DNA from: Lingula anatina
Taxonomy: Eukaryota > Animalia > Brachiopoda
Reading direction: 5' to 3'
DNA length: 64,000 nucleotides
NCBI GenBank assembly: GCA_051362555.1
Contig: CM120644.1
Location: forward strand, 18,994,534-19,058,533
Positions within the stretch are counted from its first letter, which is position 1, and every line of letters starts with the position of its first letter. This document shows positions 12,382-24,428 of the stretch, piece after piece. The translations under genes were made by a program, and so were the position numbers. A model generated the notes under the pieces. It did not search any database and was not told the origin of the DNA. It saw only the letters and a program-made list of their open reading frames with translations.

Positions 12382-13761
12382 TTACTTTGGTTGACTAGGT
12401 GGTGGTTGGTTGAGAATATTTTTTCTTACCTTATTACACATTGTGATATAGTGGGCCACATTCTTTATAACATGTAAATCGTTTGACTGCATTATGCATT
12501 TGAACTGACCCTCTGGGGTTTGTGTAGGATCTGGTTTTAGGATCTCCCTGTGTTTGGTGAGTAAGGGGCATTTTAAAAGAAAGTGTATTTCGTTTTCCAC
12601 TTCATCTGAGCATAACTTGCAGATCCTTTCTTCAGGGGGTATTGATTTTGGTTTTCGGTATCTGCCTCTTTGGATTTCTAAGTCATGTGCCCCTGTTCTA
12701 AATTTTGCCAAATTTTGCATTTCATGTTTTGGTATAGGTGCTGTTGTGTACGCTTCCCTTTCATAATTTGTTTTAAATAATCGATATGTACGTAGTATGC
12801 TGTTTTCTCGCTCTATTTCTTTGAGAAACAAAAGGGTATAATGACTTTCCAGTGCTTTTTTTACTTCTGCTTTCGAGGGGGTATTAGTCTGTGTTTTCAT
12901 TAGATTTTGAGTAATGTATTTGATTTCGCTTGACCAATTTTTTACCTGTGTATCCTGTTTTGTTTCATATTCATACATTGTTTTTGCCAAGCGCTGCTTT
13001 GGCATTTCAGAAAATCTTTGCCAGTAGGATGTAGCATGACCCATTATGTCATGTGTAATTGGGAATCTACCTAGTTCTGCTTTAGCTGCTATATTACTGG
13101 CATTGCGCCTCACACCTAAAATGTATTTGCAATAGTTATTTTGTACTACTTCGAATGGCAAAGTATTCATGTATTTAAGAGATTTTATGCTTTTAGATGC
13201 GATTGATGGTCCCCAGATTTCGCATCCGTACATCAGTATGGGTTTTATAAGAGAATCGAAGAGTTTTAAATATGTCTGGGTCATATTGTGGGTGGTGGAC
13301 TGTAAAACCTGCTTAACTGCAAAAACCGCCTTCATGGCTTTACCTTTCAGATCATCAAGTGTGCTTTTGAATGATCCATTCGATTTGAATCTTATCCCTA
13401 AATAATTATATTCATGTGTTATTTCTATTGTTTGATGGTCTATTGTGAAATTCATGTTTGGTTTTTTGCCTGACTTACTAAATATCATTACTTTCGTTTT
13501 GTTGGTATTGACTGTGAGCTTCCATTTTTTGCAGTAGTCCCCCAGATTGTCAAGACTTTTTTGTAGGCCCTTTGCAGATTTAGATAGAATAACGAGGTCA
13601 TCAGCATATAAAAGGTGACTGATTGTAGTGTTGGCATTAATTTTTACGGGATCACATGTGCTATTGAATACATTTTTCATATCATCTATGTAAATATTAA
13701 AAAGCATTGGACTCAAGCTGTCACCTTGCCTTATTCCTATATCTGTCGTATTATACTGCAT
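12382..13761 (-). CDS. 5'-truncated non-LTR retrotransposon ORF2 (RT + C-terminal Zn knuckle), RTE-X-like
   Basis: 459-aa open frame: GIRQGDSLSPMLFNIYI, LLYADD, YLG, YGCEIWG, HDLEIQRGRY, RICKLC..ENEIHFLLKCP. An (AAT)-rich 3' tail lies at ~12214-12241. Confidence 0.92.
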   Translation of the reverse strand: MQYNTTDIGIRQGDSLSPMLFNIYIDDMKNVFNSTCDPVKINANTTISHLLYADDLVILSKSAKGLQKSLDNLGDYCKKWKLTVNTNKTKVMIFSKSGKKPNMNFTIDHQTIEITHEYNYLGIRFKSNGSFKSTLDDLKGKAMKAVFAVKQVLQSTTHNMTQTYLKLFDSLIKPILMYGCEIWGPSIASKSIKSLKYMNTLPFEVVQNNYCKYILGVRRNASNIAAKAELGRFPITHDIMGHATSYWQRFSEMPKQRLAKTMYEYETKQDTQVKNWSSEIKYITQNLMKTQTNTPSKAEVKKALESHYTLLFLKEIERENSILRTYRLFKTNYEREAYTTAPIPKHEMQNLAKFRTGAHDLEIQRGRYRKPKSIPPEERICKLCSDEVENEIHFLLKCPLLTKHREILKPDPTQTPEGQFKCIMQSNDLHVIKNVAHYITMCNKVRKNILNQPPPSQPK

Positions 13762-14284
13762 GTTTTAAAGGTTTCATAACACACTGGTATAAATACTTTT
13801 TATTTCAGTGTGAGCAATGTGACATCATCCCATTTCTTTGGGTCTTCTGTAGATTTCGCTATCATTTTTTTGATTGTTTGATTAAATCTCTCTGAAATGA
13901 ACACCAAGACATTAAAATAAATGTAAACATGAAAGACATCAAATAGTTTAGTGTCCTCCTTAAATGTGAATTATACAGTCTAAAACAGATGACTGGTTGG
14001 AAGGTTTTTCTGAATGTACAGGGGACTTCAACAAATGGAAATGCAGCGGTTATCTCTGTCAGCACAGAGTCTGGCTTATTACTAGCATGGACAGAGCGGA
14101 CTTCAGCAAGAAGGGTGCAGTTAGACTTAATGTTGTTCTTAATTGTCCTGAAAAGCTGCTTGCTGTTTTCAGTTTTGCTTGCTGGCTTTGTTCCCAAGTG
14201 TCACTGGTATATACATATGATGATAAACATAAACTTATTTTTTGTAGTATGTCCTAATGTTAATTCCTATTCACTTTGTTCAAG

Positions 14285-14590
14285 GCAGTGCATTTTTGCA
14301 AAAAATAAATTGTTTATTGCTCCTGTTATATACATTTTGTGTGCCCTGTCTCTTATATAATTTAATCTACATTTAGATCTAACAGGACCAGGTGCCTTTT
14401 CTTTCTCTTCATCTAAAGAATCATGCAAAGAATCATTATAATGTTACAGTAAAAAAATTAAAGTAAAAAAAAAAGTGAAATTAAAAATGAAATAAAATAA
14501 ATGTTTTGCAACAAAAATTATCACAATTGTCAAAATTTGAATGTAGAGAAAGTTAATCATTTTATTTATGCTGTTAAAAGTAGTCACCAC
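14285..14590 (+). repeat. Dispersed ~300-bp repeat (second copy at ~46962-47270)
   Basis: Both share tttagatctaacaggaccaggtgcctttt..aaagaatcatgc..aatcattataatgtta and flanking sequence. Confidence 0.8.
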
Positions 14591-14609
14591 GGCTAACTTG
14601 ATTTTGAAA

Positions 14610-17600
14610 TTATTGTACCACCAGCGTTAGCGCTGGCGGTACACATGGTTTCGGTCCCGTCTGGATCGTTCCGCCGGCTCCGCCGGACGGCTACCGTTAT
14701 CGCTTCTCCTCCTAGACGGTAAGGGCCCCCGTACCCATCTCATGGATTTAGGTCACCTATAATCTCAACTCGTTCCACGTAAAATTTGGGCTTTGTCGGT
14801 ATTGGGGTCTGGGTGTGGCACTCATTACAATGCAACCTTGTCTAAAAATGGCAAAATAAAATGCTAATTATCTACCCTACGGAAGGAGTTATGGGAAAAA
14901 TTTCTATAGACGGCTTTCCAAAAGTCATATGTGTAGATTTCAAATATACCCTTGGATTTGACCTTTGACCTTTACTTCAAGGTCAAACAGGCCAAAATTT
15001 TCAAAAAAATGAAATTTTTTACGAAAAAATTTTTTTTTGCCCTGTTATTCAGACACTACACAGACTTAACCAATAATATTATTGGAAAGTGTTACCCTTA
15101 AGGTCATCTTTCATCTCCATGAATTTGGGGTCAATCGGTGCATTTTCACGGGAGTAGCGGCCATAAGATACCGAAACTGAAAACTGTCTCTAATTCAGGA
15201 ACCGTTAATGCTAGAGACCCATTCTTTTTTGCATTTTGTAGAGCATGTAAAGCCCAACACTGGAGGTGGTCTCCGTTTTTTTGTATTCCATACGGTTTTC
15301 GAGTTACGCTGTATCAAAAAGTACATATTGGTGGTAAAAGCAAAATGTGCAGTACGGTAATGGATAATAAATTTTGAACTCTGGAAAAATAAAACATAAG
15401 GCTTGGCAAAGCAGACAACTTGTGTTCAAAAATGACATTATTTCATCAAAATTGAACTTCTGAAATTCAGAGCACCTCCTATTTCAAGAATTTGCTTTCC
15501 TTTTGTCTCCAAAACTGGCAGAGATAGGTCCATAGTTACTCTTGAACTTGAATAGGAAGTCATATACTGGCAATCTATATGTGACCTTAAAATTGACCTT
15601 TGACCTACTTTTCACCATGAACTGAACTTTGCAAATTTTTCTTCCCTTTTATCTCCAAAACTGGCAGAGATACGTCCATAGTTACTCTTGAACTTGAATA
15701 GGAAGTCATATACTGGCAATCTATATGTGACCTTAAAATTGACCTTTGACCTACTTTTCACCATGAACTGAATTTTGCAAATTTTGCTTTTCTTTTATCT
15801 CCAAAACTGGCTGAGATAGGTCCATAGTTACTATTGAACTTGAATAGGAAGTCATATACTGGCAATCTAAATGTGACCTTGAAATTGACCTTTGACCTAC
15901 TTTACACCATGAATTGAACTTTGCAAATTTTGCTTTCCTTTTGTCTCCAAAACTTGCAGAGATAGGTCCGTAGTTACTATTGAACTTGAATAGGAAGTCA
16001 TATACTGGCAATCTAAATGTGACCTTAAAATTGACCTTTGACCTACTTTTCACCATGAACTAAACTTTGCAAATTTTGCTTTCCTTTTATCTCCAAAACT
16101 GGCAGAGATAGGTCCGTAGTTACTATTGAACTTGAATAGGAAGTCATATACTGGCAATCTAAATGTGACCTTAAAATTGACCTTTGACCTACTTTTCACC
16201 ATGAACTGAACTTTGCAAATTTTTCTTCCCTTTTATCTCCAAAACTGGCAGAGATAGGTCCATAGTTACTATTGAACTTGAATAGGAAGTCATATACTGG
16301 CAATCTATATGTGACCTTAAAATTGACCTTTGACCTACTTTTCACCATGAACTGAATTTTGCAAATTTTGCTTTTCTTTTATCTCCAAAACTGGCTGAGA
16401 TAGGTCCATAGTTACTATTGAACTTGAATAGGAAGTCATATACTGGCAATCTAAATGTGACCTTGAAATTGACCTTTGACCTACTTTACACCATGAATTG
16501 AACTTTGCAAATTTTGCTTTCCTTTTATCTCCAAAACTTGCAGAGATAGGTCCGTAGTTACTATTGAACTTGAAAAGGAAGTCATATACTGGCAATCTAT
16601 ATGTGACCTTAAAATTGACCTTTGACCTACTTTTCACCATGAATTGAACTTTGCAAATTTTGCTTTCCTTTTATCTCCAAAACTGGCAGAGATAGGTCCG
16701 TAAATACTATTGAACTTGAATAGGAAGTCATATACTGGCAATCTAAATGTGACCTTAAAATTGACCTTTGACCTACTTTTCACCATGAATTGAACTTTGC
16801 AAATTTTGCTTTCCTTTTATCTCCAAAACTGGCAGAGATAGGTCCGTAGTTACTATTGAACTTGAATAGGAAGTCATATACTGGCAATCTAAACGTGACC
16901 TTAAAATTGACCTTTGACCTACTTTTCACCATGAACTGAACTTTGCAAATTTTGCTTTCCTTTTGTCTCCAAAACTGGCAGAGATAGGTCCATAGTTACT
17001 CTTGAACTTGAATAGGAAGTCATATACTGGCAATCTATACGTGACCTTAAAATTGACCTTTGACCTACTTTTCACCATGAATTGAACTTTGCAAATTTTG
17101 CTTTCCTTTTATCTCCAAAACTGGCAGAGATAGGTCCGTAAATACTATTGAACTTGAATAGGAAGTCATATACTGGCAATCTATATGTGACCTTAAAATT
17201 GACCTTTGACCTACTTTTCACCATGAATTGAACTTTGCAAATTTTGCTTTCCTTTTATCTCCAAAACTGGCAGAGATAGGTCCGTAGTTACTATTGAACT
17301 TGAATAGGAAGTCATACTGGCAATCTAAATGTGACCTTAAAATTGACCTTTGACCTACTTTTCACCATGAACTGAACTTTGCAAATTTTGCTTTCCTTTT
17401 GTCTCCAAAACTGGCAGAGATAGGTCCATAGTTACTCTTGAACTTGAATAGGAAGTCATATACTGGCAATCTATATGTGACCTTAAAATTGACCTTTGAC
17501 CTACTTTTCACCATGAATTGAACTTTGCAAATTTTTCTTCCCTTTTATCTCCAAAACTGGCAGAGATAGGTCCATAGTTACTATTGAACTTGAATAGGAA

Positions 17601-18147
17601 GTCATATACTGGCAATCTAAATGTGACCTTAAAATTGACCTTTGACCTACTTTACACCACGAACTGAATTTTGCAAATTTTGCTTTTCTTTTATCTCCAA
17701 AACTGGCTGAGATAGGTCCGTAGTTATTATTGAACTTGAATAGAAAGTCATATACTGGCAATCTAAATGTGACCTTAAAATTGACCTTTGACCTACTTTT
17801 CACCATAAACTGAACTTTGCAAATTTTGCTTTCCTTTTGTCTCCAAAACTGGCAGAGATAGGTCCATAGTTACTCTTGAACTTGAATAGGAAGTCATATA
17901 CTGGCAATTTACTGTGACCTTGAAATTGACCCTTGACCTATCTTACGAAGAACTTAAATTTGATTGTACCATATATATTTTTTGCAAAAGTTTAAAAATT
18001 CTTGTTGATTGCATTTTTACAGCTTGTCAAGCACAAAACTGGTGGCTGTGTCCATTATTTTGTGTATGTGGGGGTCTATACGAATGCGCTTGCTCCAGCT
18101 GGTGGTACAATATTCGGAGGCGGTATCGCCTCTCTGATCCTCTAGTT
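14610..18147 (+). mobile_element. Non-autonomous Helentron (HINE/DINE-like) with internal satellite array
   Basis: 5' subTIR tattgtaccaccagc with an adjacent hairpin; 3' inverted copy gctggtggtacaata; 3' palindrome gaggcggtatcgcctc; terminal CTAG-TT. Confidence 0.88.
15490..17940. repeat. 146-bp tandem satellite, ~17 copies
   Basis: The unit contains tgaccttaaaattgacctttgaccta. Repeat ORFs are offset by 584 (4x146) and 1166 (8x146-2). Confidence 0.97.
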
Positions 18148-19321
18148 TTCTTTAGGATATGGTAAGTTCTCTGCTGTATAATTTCCTTGCTGTGTCTGTC
18201 CTAAAAATCTCTTTTAAAATTTCCAAAATTCTGTCCATCTCTTCCTTTAAAATGTAATTTTTGTTTTGAAAACATGATACCACTGAGTTAATGTGGCATT
18301 TGCCCAAATAGTCCATTCCTTCTATTAACCAAACTGTCCTCTTTTCTTGAGATACTTCACACGCACTACTTTTGCAGCGTCAAACGACTTGGGTCCAAAT
18401 CCAATTGCAAATGTATCCCTAAGGGAAAATTCACCCCTCAAATATGACTTTGTAACAAATTTGATCCTGCATCACATCAGTAGTGTCATAACTGGTACTG
18501 GGTGTTGATGTGACTTTGTGGCTGGGAGGAAGAGGTGTCTTGAGGCTCATGTAATAAGACTGGCTGTGACACTTGTCCTGACTCCATTTCTGCAGCAGTT
18601 GCAGGCTACTGATACACTTCACTCTGCAACTGCAATCCAAAAGTAATATTTAAAATTCTACATTTGTAAAAGACATTACAATAACAATTTGCATTAAGAC
18701 CAAATGGCACAAGATGTATTCTTTAATGTGATAAACTTTTCCTTTTTGTATGTTCCCAAAAAGATTATTTCTTTAGCAGTGGGAAAGTCTGCACATGAAC
18801 ACTTACATCATCCTCCGTGCATGTTGGCATGTTTGAATTTTTACTCCACTTTCTCATCTCCTCCTGATTCGTGAAAGTCCTTACTTTCCTATACAACAGA
18901 AAATAAATTATACCACCTAAATAAATCTAAAATCTTAATGGTAACATGGGATGCAAAGGAATGCATGGACAAAGGCAATTTTAAGTTGTACTGTGGTAAC
19001 TTTATAAGACTTTGGTCCATTATGGAAAAAGTATGAATTAAGAGCATCAATAACACAGTTATTATATATAAATAACTTATAACTTTTAACTTTTTTATTT
19101 AGTACTGAAAGCTGTGGACGTGTTGTCCTATGGTGCTATAAATACGCAAATTAAAAACTTTTCATTGAAGAAAAATGTTTGTTAAACATCTTAAGACAAA
19201 AAAGCCTTGTAAACTTTGGTAAACTCACATCATCATCAGCTGCATAACATATTCAGCTACTGATGAAGCATTCTTGTTCTGCAGTGCTGTAGCAGAAGCA
19301 TGTTTCGTTAAATAACAATTT

Positions 19322-19859
19322 CAGGCCTACCCAACTACCAGACTCGGCACCTAAGGATCCTGAATTAACCGGTATATCGGACCACGCTACCCGTTTTCAA
19401 GGTGTGTGTCAGATCGCATTTCGGAGTATCATACCCCAGAACAAATTTTGTAGCACGACTGCGGGCTCATCCACGCTCGGCTGAACAACCCTAAACTGTA
19501 CTCTTACTTTAGAGTACTCTATTTTATTGTCTCTATGGGGATATATGGGGACTTTACGACATTCGGTTTGAATGTTTTAACCACTTTTGATAGGGCTTTT
19601 TTGCATTGTATTAGATTAATGTGGCAGTCTAAGGTGCATCTAGGTGGCTTTCAAATTTATGCACCCGGTTTTAAAATCATATAGCGATTTTACTATCCAA
19701 TCAAGGTGACAGCCGAGCAGGCCAGGGCTCATCCTGTCGGTGTTCTGGCTGATACTCCGAAATGCGATCTGACACACACCTTGAAAACGGGTAGTGTGGT
19801 CCGATATACCGGTTAATTCAGGATCCTTAGGTGCCGAGTCTGGTAGTTGGGTAGGCCTG
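19322..19859. mobile_element. MITE with ~110-bp TIRs (CAGG termini), apparent 5-bp TSD AATTT
   Basis: 19322-19431 is a near-perfect inverted copy of 19750-19859; aattt flanks both sides. Confidence 0.9.
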
Positions 19860-20269
19860 AATTTACAGTGCATATATATTTGTACCCTCTGTGCGATTCT
19901 TCCATTGTAACTCGGTTTATTCCTATCTGTAAGTGCAAAAATAAAAGACCATATGCAAACTTTATCTCATAATACAATATACAATATATTTAATATCAAA
20001 CAGTAGATACGGGTTTATTGCAGCTTTAATTAAATGTTCCTAGTTTCTAAAAGAAAATAGTATTGGTAGATGGAATACAGCAACCTATTTTATAATGATT
20101 TACAGCAGCTCTTCTTATTCTCCGTACCCCTGGTTTCTGAATCACTAGTCCACTAGTCCAAGTTAGAAAGTGCCAGAGCTACTTACTCTACTAAGACAGA
20201 TAAGTTGGTCCATCATTATTGATTGAATTTGTTGAATGTCATCGGTATTATTGCAACAGTTTTGGTGGG

Positions 20270-21543
20270 GCATCTCGTTTCTATTATGCTGGTATTTTAT
20301 ATTTTGGATCTGCTTTAGGTTTGCTTAAGGTCTATCTGAAGCATCCTTCATGAGTTTCTAATCGTTCTTTAAGCTGGTGTGGCACTTTGACATACTCATG
20401 TTTAGATTTTTTGGTATTGCCTTGAACAGAAACAATTTGCGGCCAAGTCCCAACGTATTCAACTATTGCCACAGAATCAGATAGGGGCCTTCTTTCTTTC
20501 ACTGAATCAGGCACTTTTTCAAGCCAGGTGATTCTTCTCTTAAAGGCACTGTCTTTTTAAAGAAGAGAAATGTTGTTTCGTGGTGAGGATTTCACTTGGC
20601 TGAGGTACCAATGGTGTCCAGGGTTTTCAAATGAGAGTTCCGTAAATCCCTTCTTTCTCAATGACGAATTTTAAACTTCCTGCTGTATGAATATAATGAC
20701 TCAAAATTTGTAGAAAAACGCTTGCTATCCCATACCCCACAATCATTCGTAAACTGACTCTTCGACCACCTTTCATGTCGCTTTGGATTGTCACTGTTGT
20801 TTACAACAAAATAGATGTTTTCTTCCATTCCACACAGTATGTTGGATTTAACTTTTGGTGGGTTGCAAACTTTACTTAACAGGGTTTCTGGAGTTTGAAA
20901 TTTAGTAATACTTATTCCAAGCATTTCTGGCAAGTTGCTTCGGCCTTTGGTGTTTGAATCAGGAGTAAAAACAAAACTGCCATTTTCATCGTCAGAAATA
21001 TCTATGATGGAAATAATATCTCCATTCATTGTCGGAAATATCTATGACATCAGTGGGTGCGGAGTTTGTCACTGGGGGGGTCATGGAGATGGAGGATGCG
21101 TCTTTACATGGCCGCTTCTGAGGTGGTGTTTCAGGATCTTCAAGTTCATGCACTGGGGAACTCTTCTTATTCGAAAACACTCTGCAGTAGAATCAACAGT
21201 AAGGCCTTCACCAGCACAATGTTGAAGGTTGCCTTGAAAATGAGTTGTACTTAACCCAAAAAATCTTCATGAACATGCCTTCTTGTCGTACTGCTTCTTC
21301 AAGGTTATCTGGGGCAAAACCTTTAAGGCGTAGCAGGGCTTGGTGAAAGTCATAATCTCCACCTGGGGTTGAATTACAACTTTTGCACCAATACCCTAGC
21401 TTACTTTGCCCCAAAGCCTTGAAATCTGCCGCTGTTAAACCCTGGCATTCTATTTGAAACCAGGAATTACAGGACTCGCATAATATGGACACCGTGAAGG
21501 CAGTGTTCTTCCTGCAATTGCCACATGGATATCTCTTAGGCAT
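20270..21543 (-). pseudogene. PHD-finger / MULE-type transposon protein remnant
   Basis: PHD finger CGNC..CESCNSWFQIEC..YWCKSC (21208-21543); ENIYFVVNNSDN..QFTNDCGVW; RRITWLE..VAIVEYVG; DLKQIQN-type motif (also at ~40757-40820). Confidence 0.65.
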
Positions 21544-21990
21544 CTTTGTAGTAAAGATTTTGAATCACGGGTTCGTGGAATTGCTCGGATGTATATTCAC
21601 AGAGTCAAAGCTATGAATGAAGGCAGGTACTGGATTGAGCATGGCTTTTATAGGATTTTCAAACAAAGACATACGTAAGGAAGCAAGATTAGGTAAAGTG
21701 TGGGCCGTCAACTTACCTGTCTATGCTTAATCAAAGGTAATTAAATAGAATTTGATAGGGGACACCTACTCTATACCCATGGCAACTGATCTTATCAGTA
21801 GTGTCACACGTCAGCACAGGCTAGATCGTTCTGACACGTCGTATAAACAAAACATGCCACAGAACAACAGTTCCATTTTTTAATAAACTCAAAAAGCAAA
21901 TGATGTGTATACATTACCAAAGGGATTTAAGAAAAGAATATTTAAGTGTAGAACAATAAATTTTATCATTTCCTAAATACCAGTGCCCGT

Positions 21991-22320
21991 TGTTACGCCT
22001 TCGCGGCCGAGTGCCTTATGAAGGTACAAATAACAATGTACTTACTGGTGTCTCAGAGTATAAGCACAAAGCCAAAAAGCCAAAGAGATAAGCCTCAAGA
22101 GAAGAGCAAAAGAGACCGATTTATTTCACGTTACACCTTATATACAAGTTCAGATAGTACACGTTTACCAATCAGAACCAACTATACAATGAACAGTTTT
22201 ACCTTTAGGTTACCAATCACGGGAGAGATTCAAACTTGCACACCGGACAACACTTTACTTACAGAGACATCTACCGGTAGCAATATAAAATAATCTCATC
22301 TAACACACTACATCGTCACA
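21991..22320 (-). mobile_element. 3' LTR of Gypsy element (330 bp)
   Basis: TGTTACG...CGTCACA termini; adjacent PPT (minus strand AAAAGGGGGGAGAG, 22321-22334); partial homolog at 27205-27328. Confidence 0.88.
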
Positions 22321-22698
22321 CTCTCCCCCCTTTTGACGAACAAAACTCCCCCCTATTATTACAATATAAACCATTACTTTAAATTGTTAAACTAACAATT
22401 ATTATAATTCAACAACTGAAATGGTACTTTACATTTAAAATACGCAAGTAATGCAAATAAGTCATTCTTGTTATGCCAAGATTCAACATTTAACTTTAAC
22501 ACAAGCAAAGTCAATCAAGTCCATCTCTCAGCATAAATGTTCATCATTAGGAATGCAAAACAAAGTTTTTAATCCATTATCACTTTAAATCAACTTTAAA
22601 AGCAAACAAAGTGATTTTAACTCAAAGTTGCTCAAAACAACATTATTAATGATAACAATGTCAATGTGAAATGTCAAAATCATTATATAGTTCATCTT

Positions 22699-23412
22699 TC
22701 ATCCATGTAGCAAAGTAAAATTCATCCGCCGATACCAATGACTACTGAGTTCACGATCCTCTGATGAAAGTTTTTGTAACAGATGATACAAAGTTTTCCA
22801 GTGAAACAAAGTCAACAAAGAATTCAGAATCTCAGTCTTAGGCTCCATTCCATTTCCATGAATGTATATTTTCACAAAGTTAATGTCCTCATTGGAACAG
22901 TTATCTGGCAACATTATTAGTCCTTCATTTTTCACATAGTCCATCAGTTCCCATATATTTCTCATATTTAATGTCAATATCAGGAAATGTATAAATCCAT
23001 TCACCAACTGGATCCACAGTTTTTTCTCGAATTCACCAGTTCCACACGAATGAACATCACCATGACATTTACGTAAAAGCGAATTGTCCTTTTCCATCGA
23101 TCTGCAATACCAGCACACCAATCCTGGAGTCATATACCATGGCAAATGCACAGATTTCACATGACGTCCAAGATGTCTACTCAGGTCAGCACTGGACACC
23201 AGACACAAACCACACTGGACTTCTTTCCTCTGTTTCTTCCTTCTGCACTTTGAGTGGGTAACTTCCTCCCCCTCTTCACCAATTAGGACAGTAGGATCTT
23301 CCACCAGATCAGTGTCATCATAATCCGGGACAAAACAAGCTTCATCTAGCATGTCTAAATTATCCATATCTGAAATAAACTTATACAATGGTTTATTTTC
23401 TTGAATGAACAT
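22699..23412 (-). CDS. Gypsy accessory ORF: C2H2-like Zn finger protein (237 aa)
   Basis: Open frame between pol end and PPT: CGLC..HLGRHVKSVHLPWYMTPGLVCWYC, with an acidic N-terminus. Confidence 0.65.
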   Translation of the reverse strand: MFIQENKPLYKFISDMDNLDMLDEACFVPDYDDTDLVEDPTVLIGEEGEEVTHSKCRRKKQRKEVQCGLCLVSSADLSRHLGRHVKSVHLPWYMTPGLVCWYCRSMEKDNSLLRKCHGDVHSCGTGEFEKKLWIQLVNGFIHFLILTLNMRNIWELMDYVKNEGLIMLPDNCSNEDINFVKIYIHGNGMEPKTEILNSLLTLFHWKTLYHLLQKLSSEDRELSSHWYRRMNFTLLHG

Positions 23413-23974
23413 ACATGATAATGATCTTTTCTTTCAAATGAATATTAACATAATTTTACATTATTAACATAGTATTACAGCATAGCATTACATTACTAAC
23501 ATAGTAACACAGCATTGCCGCATTAACTATGTACAAATATTCAAATTAAAAGCAAAGTTAAATTGCTTTTTATATTAAATCTATGAAAAACTTTATCATG
23601 AAAATATATAATAAGAAAAAATTACCTTAACAATATCCAATCCAACTATCATAAATACCGTAACAATATCCAATCCAACTACCTTACATGCAAAACACAT
23701 GCTCAACTGCAACATATTAGTTTGAACAGTGTAACTATGTTAGGCAATATTCAATTTTTTTTTTTTTATAACCCCAATTCAAAATAAATATCAACTTATT
23801 CATGCAATGTTCAATGTAACATGCTCAACAATAAAATTCAAACAAATATTTAGAAAACCTATACCAACTTGGACTGTTGTTTTGATCAAATTACCTGAAA
23901 TATAATAGGAAGTACAAACTATAATATACTTCATCAAATATATCTTTATTATCTTGTTTATTTTTTCTAATATT

Positions 23975-24265
23975 TTAATACTGATAGAGTTTGTCTCTGA
24001 GATAACAAATAATATCAATACAATCTTCTTTAGATAACTCTTTGTTTATTTCTTTCTCGTGGTCCATGAACCAATCATAACCCGTCTCTAACAAAAATCT
24101 TTCTTTCCATATTTTTCCTAAATGGATGATTATTTTAGCTTGTTTTGAACTTTTTATTTCAATGTTTCTGATTGAGAGTATATATAAACGTTCTGGAGAT
24201 TCAACCCAATCTGTACACCATTGAAACTCTTCTTCCCAGATGTGCATAATGTTTGATTCATCCAT
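23975..24265 (-). CDS. Gypsy accessory ORF, unknown function (96 aa)
   Basis: ATG-initiated, protein-like composition, ~140 bp downstream of the reconstructed pol stop. Confidence 0.4.
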   Translation of the reverse strand: MDESNIMHIWEEEFQWCTDWVESPERLYILSIRNIEIKSSKQAKIIIHLGKIWKERFLLETGYDWFMDHEKEINKELSKEDCIDIICYLRDKLYQY

Positions 24266-24428
24266 GTTCTAAATAAAAAAAAATAAAAAAAATACAAATA
24301 AATAAATTAAATTAAATTCCTTTTATTTCAGCACTGCCGAAAATTAAGGAAGTATTTATATACAACTATACCTTGACTAATAAACTAAATATACATCAAT
24401 ATGATCATTCTAACGCAAAATCTCTTAA

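Noticed and set aside
15751-17806. Three near-identical 101-aa ORFs
   Set aside because: By-products of the 146-bp satellite; no protein motif.
15490-17940. CRISPR-like regular array
   Set aside because: Whole units repeat with no unique spacers; eukaryotic context and no cas genes.
18150-18640. Possible Cys-rich/PHD remnant continuing the MULE-like element
   Set aside because: Cys spacing is broken by frameshifts; cannot be assigned by eye.
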